A DNA stretch of 64,000 bases from Microcoleus sp. (GTDB lineage Bacteria; Cyanobacteriota; Cyanobacteriia; Cyanobacteriales; Microcoleaceae): contig CP181291.1 in NCBI GenBank assembly GCA_052279835.1, positions 2,304,001 through 2,368,000 on the forward strand, in the 5' to 3' direction. Position 1 is the first letter of the stretch, and each line of letters starts with the position of its first letter. Below, in pieces: positions 7,414 through 16,427 of this stretch. Made by a program: the position numbers and the translations under genes. A model generated the notes under the pieces. It ran no database searches. It saw nothing but the letters and a program-made list of their open reading frames with translations, and was not told the origin of the DNA.

Positions 7414-9453
7414 ATGTCTAAAATTTTGTGGAAAGGACTCTTAGTCAGTCCCGCTGTACTAGCAGCAAGTTTGGTTGTATCTTCTGCTTCCCTAGCAGAG
7501 CAACCTCTGGAAATTGCAGCAACGACTCCAGTTAATAAATTGCAATTAGCAGGTGCGGCAACAGAGACAGCCAAGCCCGATACAGAAGCGTTAACGCCAG
7601 ATTCAGTCTCATTAGCTAACCCTCAGACTATTGAAACTATTGACAATACAAGTGCGATCGAGCAGATAGCCCCAGTAGCTCAACAGTCAAAAGAACCAGC
7701 CAACACAGTAGCAGCAGCAGATTTAATCACAACAGAGCCTGTCGCCGCAGCACCAGTCGCAGAACCCAACAGCACAGTCCTAGGGGCAAACACCAGCGAA
7801 GCCAAACCGGCCACCGACTCAACCAGGGCAGTTGCACCACAACCACAACCGGAGCAAATTTCCCAATCGACAGCTCCCAATGCGACATCTCCAGCATTGC
7901 CCAATGCCTTAGAGCAAATCAACCAATACAGCGCCGAAGGCACCGACAGTGAAAATGGGGCCGCTCAAGTCACCTCGGTTTCCCAACTTTCAGACGTGCG
8001 GCCTACAGATTGGGCATTCCAAGCATTGCAGTCCCTAGTAGAACGCTACGGTTGTATAGCTGGGTATCCCGACGGCACCTTCCGCGGCAACCGCGCCATG
8101 ACTCGCTACGAGTTTGCAGCCGGTTTAAACGCCTGTTTGGATAAAGTGAACGAACTGATTAGAGGCGGTAGCAAAGGTTTGGCTACCAAAGAAGATTTAG
8201 CTTCTGTGCAAAAATTGCAAGAAGAATTTGCTGCCGAATTAGCAACCTTGCGCGGCCGCGTCGATGCTTTGGAAGCACGGACTGCTGAATTAGAAGCCAA
8301 TCAGTTTTCGACTACGACTAAACTCAATGGCGAAGTCGTATTTGCTTTGACAGGCATCGCCAGAGGAGAAGACGCTAATGGTCGCGATGCTGATACAACA
8401 ACAGCTTTGGGGAGCAGGGTTCGTCTCAATTTCAACACGAGTTTCACCGGCAAAGATTTGCTCATAACTCGACTGCAAGTTTTAAATTTGGGTTCGTTTT
8501 CTACTAATAACACCAAAACCGCTGAAGGGGAATTGCGGTTTAATGCTGGGCCCTTCGGTACTGCTAGCAATAATGTAGCTTTAGATTGGTTACTTTACCA
8601 ATTCCCTCTAGGCAAAAGCACTACAGTATATCTAGAAGCCAATGCCGGCATTGCTAGCGATTTCACAAATACCGTCAACCCTTACTTTGATGGAGATGGC
8701 GGCAGTGGTGCTCTTTCTAATTTCGGCACTAGCAACCCGATTTACTATTTGATTAGCGGTAGTGGTATCGCCGTCAGACAACAATTAGGGGAAAAGCTTG
8801 AACTGAGTTTGGGATATTTGGCCGGAAATGCTGCTAATCCGACACGAGGAAATGGCCTATTCAACGGCTCCTACGGTGCATTGGCTCAGTTGACTTTTAA
8901 GCCTACAAGTAGCATGGCTTTAGGTTTGACTTACCTTAATTCCTACAACTTCGTCACTGGTACCGGCAGCAATGCTTCTAATTTTCCTGCCCGTCTCAGT
9001 TACTTCGGGCTAGATGACGGTACTGTTCCGGTTTCTAGCAATTCTTACGGCTTGCAGGCTTCCTGGAAGGTGAACCGTGGACTTGCGGTTGGCGGTTGGG
9101 CTGGTTACACCAATCAGCGCATTTTATCCAACTTGGCAACTCCTACCGGTTCTGTCCAGCGGGGAGACCAAAAAATCTGGAACTGGGCAGTTACTTTGGC
9201 TTTTCCCGATTTATTGAAAGAGGGAAATGTCGCTGGCTTTTTGGTAGGTATGGAACCGAGAGTGACGAGTTCCACTAATCGGACATTGCCCGAAGATAAG
9301 GATACTTCGTTGCACATTGAAGGTTTCTATCAGTTCAAGTTGAGTGACAATATTTCCATCACTCCTGGTTTAATTTGGCTGACTGCTCCCGACCACAATA
9401 ACAAGAATTCTGATTTGTTGATTGGGGTAGTTAGAACGACTTTCACTTTCTAG
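7414..9453 (+). CDS. Cyanobacterial outer-membrane porin (SLH + OprB-like barrel)
   Basis: Signal peptide MSKILWKGLL, Ala/Pro/Thr-rich linker, SLH (QVTSVSQLSDVRPTDWAFQAL...YGCIAGYPDG), coiled coil, NQFSTTTKL, terminal RTTFTF. Confidence 0.95.
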   Translation: MSKILWKGLLVSPAVLAASLVVSSASLAEQPLEIAATTPVNKLQLAGAATETAKPDTEALTPDSVSLANPQTIETIDNTSAIEQIAPVAQQSKEPANTVAAADLITTEPVAAAPVAEPNSTVLGANTSEAKPATDSTRAVAPQPQPEQISQSTAPNATSPALPNALEQINQYSAEGTDSENGAAQVTSVSQLSDVRPTDWAFQALQSLVERYGCIAGYPDGTFRGNRAMTRYEFAAGLNACLDKVNELIRGGSKGLATKEDLASVQKLQEEFAAELATLRGRVDALEARTAELEANQFSTTTKLNGEVVFALTGIARGEDANGRDADTTTALGSRVRLNFNTSFTGKDLLITRLQVLNLGSFSTNNTKTAEGELRFNAGPFGTASNNVALDWLLYQFPLGKSTTVYLEANAGIASDFTNTVNPYFDGDGGSGALSNFGTSNPIYYLISGSGIAVRQQLGEKLELSLGYLAGNAANPTRGNGLFNGSYGALAQLTFKPTSSMALGLTYLNSYNFVTGTGSNASNFPARLSYFGLDDGTVPVSSNSYGLQASWKVNRGLAVGGWAGYTNQRILSNLATPTGSVQRGDQKIWNWAVTLAFPDLLKEGNVAGFLVGMEPRVTSSTNRTLPEDKDTSLHIEGFYQFKLSDNISITPGLIWLTAPDHNNKNSDLLIGVVRTTFTF

Positions 9454-9467
9454 GTTGTTTTTAACCG

Positions 9468-9502
9468 CAGATTAACGCAGATTCATGGTCTGCGTTAATC
9501 TG
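9468..9502 (+). terminator. Hairpin downstream of the porin, likely terminator
   Basis: cagattaacgcaga-ttcatgg-tctgcgttaatctg, a 14-bp perfect stem. Confidence 0.55.
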
Positions 9503-9627
9503 TACAGTGCTTTTTGGTCATTGGAACGAACCGCCAAGACTCTAGCCTTCTTCCTCCCTCTGCGTCCTCTGTGTTCTCTGCGGTTAAATCATTCCCCTGC
9601 AACGGTCAAAAATATTAAATACTCAAC

Positions 9628-9754
9628 AAGAACGACCAGCTTTTTGTGAAAGCTGGTCTGCTAATTAATTAAGTCCGTTGTTCTCTCAAAGTGAGGAAAC
9701 CCAAACAGCGCGTTCCCTTGCAGCGGGTTCTTCAAAACATATCATCCTTCGAGA
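9628..9754 (-). ncRNA. Candidate ~125-130 nt sRNA, possibly a PsrR1/SyR1 homolog
   Basis: Extended -10 TGcTAAAGT at 9768-9760, no ORF (ATG TTT TGA), and a terminal hairpin GACCAGCTTT-N5-AAAGCTGGTC at 9634-9658. The PsrR1 identity is from recollection only. Confidence 0.45.
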
Positions 9755-9818
9755 GTGTTACTTTAGCAAGAAAATTTAATTTTTGCAATAAAACTTTACA
9801 TTTCCGGGCGGACTTAGA

Positions 9819-11651
9819 TTAAGCTGTGGCTTGCTGCGGTCTGCCCCAGACTATGCGCTCCTGCTTGTATACAACCATACCAGGTTTTGCGCCTTTAGGC
9901 TTATACACATATTTCGGTTCTGTATACACTACTGGTACTTGTTCGCTCTGACGGGCGCGACTGTAGTAGGCGGCCATGTTGGCGGCAAATTGCAAATCGG
10001 CTTCTTCGGCAACTGTGCCCGGTGTGACGCGCAGCAATGCGTGACTTCCGGGAATTTCTAGGGTGTGGAACCAGATGTCGTAGTCCCCTGCTACGCGAAA
10101 GGTGAGTTGGTCGTTTTGGCGGTTGTTGCGCCCGATTAATAATTCAAAGCCGCTGGGGGTTTGGTAGCGGTGAAATTCGATCGCAGCATTTTTGTCCGTA
10201 CTGCGGTAATCTGGAGCATCTAGATATTTTTGTTGAATCAGTTCTTCGCGGATTTCTGCGAGGGTTTGCAAATCTTGGGTGTTGCGATAGGTTTCTAATA
10301 CCGAAAGTGCAGCTTCTACTTGTTCTAGATAGTCTATTTCTTCTTGGACGGCGGCCAATAACGGTTCTACGGCAATGCGAGCTCTTTTGAGTTTTTGGTG
10401 CTTTTTGTAGAGTGCTTGAGCGTTTTGGACGGCGTTTTTTTCGGGATTCAGGGGAATAGCAACTGGTTGGTTGGTTTCAAAGTCTGGTAGAGAAATGGTT
10501 TTCATTCCCGGTTGCCAATGTTGTAAGTTGGCCATCAGCAAATCGGCTTGGGATTTGTGGGTGTCGGCTACTTCTGACTGCTGTAATTTTTGTTTGAAGG
10601 TGTTGGCTTTGAGTTTGAGTTTTGCTAGCAGGTTAATCAGTTTTTGACTAAGTTGATGTCGCACTTGGGCGAATACTTCTTGGTTGATTTCCCTGGTGTA
10701 GTAGCTATTGAGTAATTCTTGGACTGAAGGGAATGAAGAAGTTAACTCCCCCATCGAGGTGAACCCCCCCCTCCCCCCCCCAAGGGGGGAAAGAATCGGG
10801 GAAGTATTAGAGGGCACGCACGCACCATCCACCGCCCCTACATTATGATTTTCGGGTGCTGGCCAGTCGATGACGGTGTAGCCTTGGGCTGTCAAACTGG
10901 GTTTGAATTTTGAGTTTTCTAGGGCTTGCAGCCAGTATTGCCACCGCTGGAATAGTTGCTGCCAGTCGTGGGGGCTGAGGCTGTCGGTGGATTGTTCTGG
11001 GTCTAAATTGGCCGATCGAATCATAGACCAAATTAAAGCCTTGCTCAACCCTCGATAATTCTTCAACAGGTTGCGGTGTAATTGCCCAGGAACTAGGCTA
11101 ATTCTTTCTTGCCATCTGTTTTGAGGTTCGATCGCGCTTGGTGCTGTATCGGTCAAAGCCGGGGGCATTTCGTAGGGTTGCCCGGTTTGGATGGGGCGCA
11201 CGCTGGACTGTTTGGCGCTGACTTGGTGAGCACAGGTGACAACGAGATTGTCGTGGGCGGTGAGGATGACGTTGCTGTATTTGCCGATGATTTCGGCGTA
11301 GAGATGCCACAGGGCTGGTTCTCCCGGGCGTTGGGCGAATTGCAAGTCTACAACTCTTTCCCAGGGGGAGATGGGGGCGATGGAAACCAGGGCTAAACCG
11401 CTGAGTTGGTGTCGCAGTTGTTGGCTGAAGGTGAAGGTGTCGGGAATGCGGGGCGGGGGGTCGCCGACGCAGATGCGGGCGGCTACGGGATGCCAGGAAA
11501 TGTCAATCCAGCCCCGTTTGTTCATGGTGCGTAGGGCCATGGACACGGTGAAGCGATCGCGCTGGTAGACTTGTTCTAAGCGTGCTGGCAGCCATTGGGC
11601 CCGCAGTTCGCAGCAAGCCGCAGTTAAAGTTGTCAAGTCTACAGGTTGCAC
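9819..11651 (-). CDS. rqcH: Ribosome quality control protein RqcH/Rqc2 (NFACT/FbpA family)
   Basis: NFACT-N (YAEIIGKYSNVIL), NAVQNAQALYKKHQKLKR, NFACT-R (IGRNNRQNDQLT, WFHT.EIPGSH, AAYYSRAR, KPKGAKPGMVVY). Confidence 0.93.
   Translation of the reverse strand: MQPVDLTTLTAACCELRAQWLPARLEQVYQRDRFTVSMALRTMNKRGWIDISWHPVAARICVGDPPPRIPDTFTFSQQLRHQLSGLALVSIAPISPWERVVDLQFAQRPGEPALWHLYAEIIGKYSNVILTAHDNLVVTCAHQVSAKQSSVRPIQTGQPYEMPPALTDTAPSAIEPQNRWQERISLVPGQLHRNLLKNYRGLSKALIWSMIRSANLDPEQSTDSLSPHDWQQLFQRWQYWLQALENSKFKPSLTAQGYTVIDWPAPENHNVGAVDGACVPSNTSPILSPLGGGRGGFTSMGELTSSFPSVQELLNSYYTREINQEVFAQVRHQLSQKLINLLAKLKLKANTFKQKLQQSEVADTHKSQADLLMANLQHWQPGMKTISLPDFETNQPVAIPLNPEKNAVQNAQALYKKHQKLKRARIAVEPLLAAVQEEIDYLEQVEAALSVLETYRNTQDLQTLAEIREELIQQKYLDAPDYRSTDKNAAIEFHRYQTPSGFELLIGRNNRQNDQLTFRVAGDYDIWFHTLEIPGSHALLRVTPGTVAEEADLQFAANMAAYYSRARQSEQVPVVYTEPKYVYKPKGAKPGMVVYKQERIVWGRPQQATA
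10740..10845 (-). repeat. REP-like and C/G-tract repeats inserted in frame within rqcH
   Basis: Minus strand gtaggggcg...gtgccctct followed by tccccccttgggggggggagggggggg, encoding NVGAVDGACVPSNTSPILSPLGGGRGGFT. Confidence 0.65.
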
Positions 11652-11749
11652 AGTACCCTCTTGCGATCGAAATATCTATATTCCACTATATCAAGTTTGG
11701 TGGGCAAATTTTTTTTATGCCCACATTAAGCTCTTTTGTTTTTCGAGAT

Positions 11750-12427
11750 TTAAGCAGATGGCTTTGTTTCCTGAGTTTGCGATTGAATCACAGCACTCCA
11801 GTCATCTTCATTAACAGCACTTGCCAATTCCTGGCTGCGTTCGCCGGCACTTTTTGCTGCTATTTCCAATTCTTTAGTCAGAGTGGAATCTGCCATTGCT
11901 TTGCGTAATTTCAGTTTCTTTTCTTCATAGGCTTTTTGTTCGTCAGCAGACATGGCCGCCCGCGCGGCTTGGCCGACTGTACTCGCCCACATTTCGCTGT
12001 CTATACTATTTCCTGGGGGAACGTTTGCGAGTTCTGCTATCCAAGCATCGCGCAATTTTTCCATGTCTTCCCGCTTGGGGAATTTGAAAGTTTTGACGCG
12101 GAGGAATGCACAATTTTCGCTGCCATTTTGGGCGATATGACCGTTGAGAGAAAGCAGGATATTTCGGGAATAACCTATATATTGGGTTTGATGGGAAGCG
12201 TCGATGACGGCATAAACGCCTGCAACTTTAGCGTTGGTTGCTAAATCGCGCCAAGCTGGGACTGACACTACTTGGGTTCCGTCATTTTCTAAGGACGGAA
12301 TTGCTGTCGCTGCACCATGTTCTTCATCGGAACTGTATAAAAAGTTGTGCAGTCCTTCATGGGCGATAGGTACGTTTTGATGTTCTATTGGTAAGTCTAA
12401 ATCTGCCTTGACTGGATTAATTTCCAT
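11750..12427 (-). CDS. GIY-YIG nuclease-family protein
   Basis: Motifs GVYAV...QYIGYSRNI...L..H, and W...L...PPGN. Confidence 0.8.
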   Translation of the reverse strand: MEINPVKADLDLPIEHQNVPIAHEGLHNFLYSSDEEHGAATAIPSLENDGTQVVSVPAWRDLATNAKVAGVYAVIDASHQTQYIGYSRNILLSLNGHIAQNGSENCAFLRVKTFKFPKREDMEKLRDAWIAELANVPPGNSIDSEMWASTVGQAARAAMSADEQKAYEEKKLKLRKAMADSTLTKELEIAAKSAGERSQELASAVNEDDWSAVIQSQTQETKPSA

Positions 12428-12605
12428 AACATCTCACTCCTCTAAAAATGTTGCTTTTCTGGGCTGGTTATCCTGGGGGCGCCACTATCCAGTTTACTCT
12501 TGGTCAAACAGGCAATCCCGGCTGTTTTGGATCGCCCACAATCAAGTTTACTGTTTGTGGAACAGGCCGGAGAGACTGGTTTATTGTTGTTTGACGTTTA
12601 CCTAA

Positions 12606-13469
12606 TTAACTTGCGGAGATTTGTTGTATTTCCTCATCTGTCAACTTGACATCTATGGCTTTTACAGAGTCTTCAATGCTGGATAGTTTGGTCGCAGCGG
12701 GAATGGGAACGATACAGGGAGATTTTGCCATCAACCAGGCTAATACTATACAGTAAACTGAAACGTTTTTTTCTGCTGCTAATTTCGCGATCGCCGGCAT
12801 ATCTTCCAAACTGGTGACGCGACGGCTTCCTCCGAGAGGACTCCAAGGAAAAAATGTCAGTTTTTCGGTTTCACAGTATTGCAGTACGCCGTCTGATTCG
12901 GGTTCTCTGTGCCAAGGATTGTATTGATTTTGAACTGAGGCAATTTCTACTATATCGCGGGCGCGCTTGATTTGTTCTACTGAGAAGTTGGAGACTCCTA
13001 CAAATCGAACTATTCCCTCTGCGACTGCTTCTTTTGCTGGTGCTAGGGCTTCTTCGATGGTATAACTAGGATCGGGGGCGTGATATTGCCAAAGGTCGAT
13101 GGGCTTTTGGCCGCCCAAGGCTTCAAAACTTTCGCGAATTGTCTTGCGTAAGTGGTGGGGGTTGCCGTTCCGCGTCCAAGCACCTTGAGGTCGCATCAAC
13201 CCACCTTTTGTGGCGACGGTGACAGCTCTAATATCTCCTGTATACTGTTGTAAAGCTTTGGCAATTAGTTCCTCGTTATGGTGTTTGTCTGATTGATCTT
13301 GGCAGTAGGAATCTGCCGTGTCAATTAATGTGACTCCCAAATCCAGGGCGCGGTGAATTACCGCGATTGCCTGGGATTCTGTTGGTCTGCCACTTAAGGA
13401 TAGTGGCATCCCTCCCAGACCAATTGGGCTGATATTAAAGTTAGTATTTCCGAGTTTTTTGTTTTTCAT
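12606..13469 (-). CDS. Aldo/keto reductase
   Basis: Motifs IGLGGM, LIDTADSY, VATKGG, IDLWQYHAPD, VGVSNFS, SVQNQYN, PWSPLGG. Confidence 0.93.
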   Translation of the reverse strand: MKNKKLGNTNFNISPIGLGGMPLSLSGRPTESQAIAVIHRALDLGVTLIDTADSYCQDQSDKHHNEELIAKALQQYTGDIRAVTVATKGGLMRPQGAWTRNGNPHHLRKTIRESFEALGGQKPIDLWQYHAPDPSYTIEEALAPAKEAVAEGIVRFVGVSNFSVEQIKRARDIVEIASVQNQYNPWHREPESDGVLQYCETEKLTFFPWSPLGGSRRVTSLEDMPAIAKLAAEKNVSVYCIVLAWLMAKSPCIVPIPAATKLSSIEDSVKAIDVKLTDEEIQQISAS

Positions 13470-13591
13470 TGGTGTGCCCTTTTTTGATTGTTTATCTGTA
13501 GAGTTAGATTGTTATGGCTATTTAAAATATGTAATTTCATCATACAACAATTAACAGTCAAGAGTCAACTGTTTACTGTTTGAATTCATAA

Positions 13592-14374
13592 CTAACTGGA
13601 AGCGCTGGTGTAAAATCGGAGTGCAAATTGCCAGAAGTAGCGGGAAGCGAACAAAAGTGCGATCGCCAAAATGCCTGCTCCTGCTATCCAAAGTATATCA
13701 CCTCTGCCTAACATTGCTTCTGCCGGGACTGTGGTCAAAAAAGCAACCGGGACTATGAAGGTGAAGAAAAATCGATAAGCTGCGGGATAAGCTACCATGG
13801 GAAATCTACCAGCTTCTAACAATCCTCTGAGGACTTCAGTAACGTTATAAATCTTGACAAACCAAATACTGGTTGCACCCAACATAAACCAGATACTGTA
13901 AAGACTCACCATGCCAAATAACAGCGGTATTGCAGTTAAGAAATAGTTGCTGATTTCTACTCCCAATTTGTTTGCCGAGTACAGCAGCAACACCGCGCCG
14001 AAGATGATATCGGGTATTCCCCACGGAGATACAGTGTTTGCAGACAGCCAGAATTGGGAACTGATGGGCTTGAGGAGGACAAAATCCAGGGTGCCTTGCT
14101 GCACTCGATCGACAATCCGGCTAAGATTAGGTGCGAGAAAGGTTGACGAAAAACCCTGCAAAATCGTGAAAATGCCCAGTACAACTAAGGCTTCTTCCCA
14201 TTTCCACCCAGAAAACGTGTAACCATTGCGGTAGAACAAAAACAGCCCAAACAAACTACCAGTCAGGTTTCCGATGCTGCTGAGGGCGGCGAGGACAAAA
14301 TTGATGCGGTATTCGAGTTCTGCCGCCATCGCCGCCCCCCAAAACAGTTTCACTACGTGCACATATCGTCCCAT
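13592..14374 (-). CDS. ABC-2 type transporter permease (DUF990 family)
   Basis: Motifs ELEYRINF, GTLDFVLLKPI, GRFP..AYP, FFTFIVPVAF.TTVPA, terminal YTSASS. Start placed at MGRYV. Confidence 0.85.
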   Translation of the reverse strand: MGRYVHVVKLFWGAAMAAELEYRINFVLAALSSIGNLTGSLFGLFLFYRNGYTFSGWKWEEALVVLGIFTILQGFSSTFLAPNLSRIVDRVQQGTLDFVLLKPISSQFWLSANTVSPWGIPDIIFGAVLLLYSANKLGVEISNYFLTAIPLLFGMVSLYSIWFMLGATSIWFVKIYNVTEVLRGLLEAGRFPMVAYPAAYRFFFTFIVPVAFLTTVPAEAMLGRGDILWIAGAGILAIALLFASRYFWQFALRFYTSASS

Positions 14375-14557
14375 ATTTATGGCCATTTTTGCTCCGGGAA
14401 ATACTTTCATCTCATCATATTGTAAAGCTGCGATGAAGTTAATTGCTGATTCGGCTTCCCTTTTGACTATAATTTTAAGTTATTAAAACAGTGTACTTAA
14501 GTATTTTTAGTGAACAGAATATTAAGTTTTTTAACAAAAACTTAATTAAATTTACAA

Positions 14558-14591
14558 ATTATTAGCACCAAATTTATTGGGTGCTAATAAT
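14558..14591. promoter_or_regulatory. 12-bp inverted repeat in an AT-rich divergent promoter region
   Basis: attattagcacc-N10-ggtgctaataat. Confidence 0.4.
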
Positions 14592-14828
14592 CTGTGCTTG
14601 GCTGTCAGTTAATTCCCTAATGACATACAAAACTTTACTTTGTAGATTTATTATTCTTATATGTTACACATTTTAATATTATAAATGTTTGAGAAACATC
14701 TCTTATTACCTAAAGCTAGCCCTTAGTATGGTGCATACTTACTCAGAAACAACGGGTAATCACTACGAAATTGAATAGGAGAACTTTACTTAGTCAAAGA
14801 TATCAACAATACTTAGGAGACAGAAGAT

Positions 14829-15902
14829 ATGGATGCCTTAACAATGTCGAGACTGGGAGTCAAGCACACTAAGAGTGCAGTAGCCGAATCCCTGAGAATC
14901 AACACCGGATATGACATAACCAGCCCAGTCACTTTTTACGGGATTGTCAACGAGCACTGCAATGTTAAATGCCGTCAGTGCGAGTATTGGCGACTCAAAG
15001 AATATAAAGATGAAATGACCATCGAAGAATGGCAAAATGCTCTCTTAAGTATCAAAGAATTTGTGGGGGAATTTTCCATCAACTTTAGCGGTGGCGAACC
15101 TTACATTAAAAAAGGTTTTCTTGACTTGCTGACTTTTGCCAACAAAAATGGGATTCACGCCGGAGTCACCACAAACGGCTATTGCATGACCAGGGAAAAC
15201 GCAGCCAAAACAGTCGCTGCTCGTCCTTTTAATGTGAATATATCCGTTGATGGACCCAATGCAGAACTACACGATTATCTGCGCGGTCAGCCGGGATTGT
15301 TTGACAGGCTTTCTAAGGGAATTGGATATCTGCGGGAGGAACAGGAAAAACAAGGGGTTCTGTTTCCCATCAACGTTAAACCGACGCTGAACCGACTCAA
15401 TTTCCGCCACATGGAAGAGATAGTAACCTGGGCCCAACAAATTGGAGCCACAACGGTGAATTTCCAACCAGTAAATCATTGGACACAAGAAACCTATGAG
15501 GAATTGTGGGTGGAAGAAGAGGATTACGAGGAGTTTTCGCAGGTAATTGAGCGCCTAATTGAAATGAAGAAGAAAGGTGCGCCAATTATGAATAGTGACG
15601 AAGTATTGCGTCTAATGTTACCTCATTTCCGCGACGAAAAAGCCCCCGATGGAGTTCGCCCTTGTCGGGTAGGACTTCGGAATTACTGGATTGATACCCG
15701 TGGCGATGTCAAGCTTTGCGATGAATTTCCCGTAATTGGGAATGTAAAAGAAGAAAGTGCTCGCGCTATTTGGTATGGCGAAAAAGCTCAGAAAGTCCGC
15801 CGGGATACTTTGAATTGCGGTAAGCTTTGCCTGATTACCTGTGTGTCGCAAAAGACGATTTTGGACAAGGTAAAAATGGGTCTGAAATTGTTAAAAAATT
15901 AA
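14829..15902 (+). CDS. Radical SAM protein with C-terminal SPASM/Twitch domain
   Basis: CNVKCRQC (CX3CX2C), FSGGEP, TTNG, NISVDG; C-terminal C..G...IDTRGDVKLC...IGNV...IW...C...C...C; RBS TAGGAGA. Confidence 0.9.
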   Translation: MDALTMSRLGVKHTKSAVAESLRINTGYDITSPVTFYGIVNEHCNVKCRQCEYWRLKEYKDEMTIEEWQNALLSIKEFVGEFSINFSGGEPYIKKGFLDLLTFANKNGIHAGVTTNGYCMTRENAAKTVAARPFNVNISVDGPNAELHDYLRGQPGLFDRLSKGIGYLREEQEKQGVLFPINVKPTLNRLNFRHMEEIVTWAQQIGATTVNFQPVNHWTQETYEELWVEEEDYEEFSQVIERLIEMKKKGAPIMNSDEVLRLMLPHFRDEKAPDGVRPCRVGLRNYWIDTRGDVKLCDEFPVIGNVKEESARAIWYGEKAQKVRRDTLNCGKLCLITCVSQKTILDKVKMGLKLLKN

Positions 15903-15934
15903 AGCATAACCACCAAGGAGACCAAGCCTCTCTG

Positions 15935-16001
15935 AAATGCCGGAATGTCATTTTCTAAACCCTAGAAAATAGGGTATTAGTCCATTGATATTCCGGCATT
16001 T
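15935..16001. terminator. Long hairpin downstream of the radical SAM gene
   Basis: aaatgccggaatgtca ... tgatattccggcattt outer stem, with an inner ctaaaccct/agggtattag stem. Confidence 0.5.
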
Positions 16002-16036
16002 TAGTGACCTAGTTAGTGCTAACTTTTTTAAATCAC

Positions 16037-16337
16037 ACAGTCCTGGATGTACGGGGGTCAAAAAGCCGATTTCTGGGTCAATATGTCTCGGATAGAACGA
16101 CGATTTTTGCTCATAAACCGGGTTTTATGCGTCCAGGACTGTCGCAGATACTTTACTCGATGAACCTAGAAGAGGCTGTGGGTTTTAACTCAAGTAGGAC
16201 TTAGGCACAGGAAACGAAAAATCTAGGTGGGGGAACAGGCTGTGGTAAAGTTCCGTCCATGGGGCACGGGGGGAACCGCTGTTGCTGAACCCTAGGCGCT
16301 ATGCCAGATATTACCGATAACTATGGTGCGTAAGTCA
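16037..16337. repeat. Two adjacent inverted-repeat dispersed elements upstream of livK
   Basis: acagtcctggatgta...tgcgtccaggactgt (16037-16142) and taggacttaggcac...gtgcgtaagtca (16195-16337). Confidence 0.6.
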
Positions 16338-16427
16338 TCATAAATTTTTTAAATTTGTGCTAAGTCTTGACTTACAGACTTACAGAGTGAAAATATGCTA
16401 AGACCCAAGCAACAAACTAACGTACCT

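Noticed and set aside
14728..14778. 16-codon ORF (MVHTYSETTGNHYEIE) as a RiPP precursor for the radical SAM enzyme
   Set aside because: No RBS, overlaps a likely -10 (TAGTAT), and no transporter, protease or RRE supports it.
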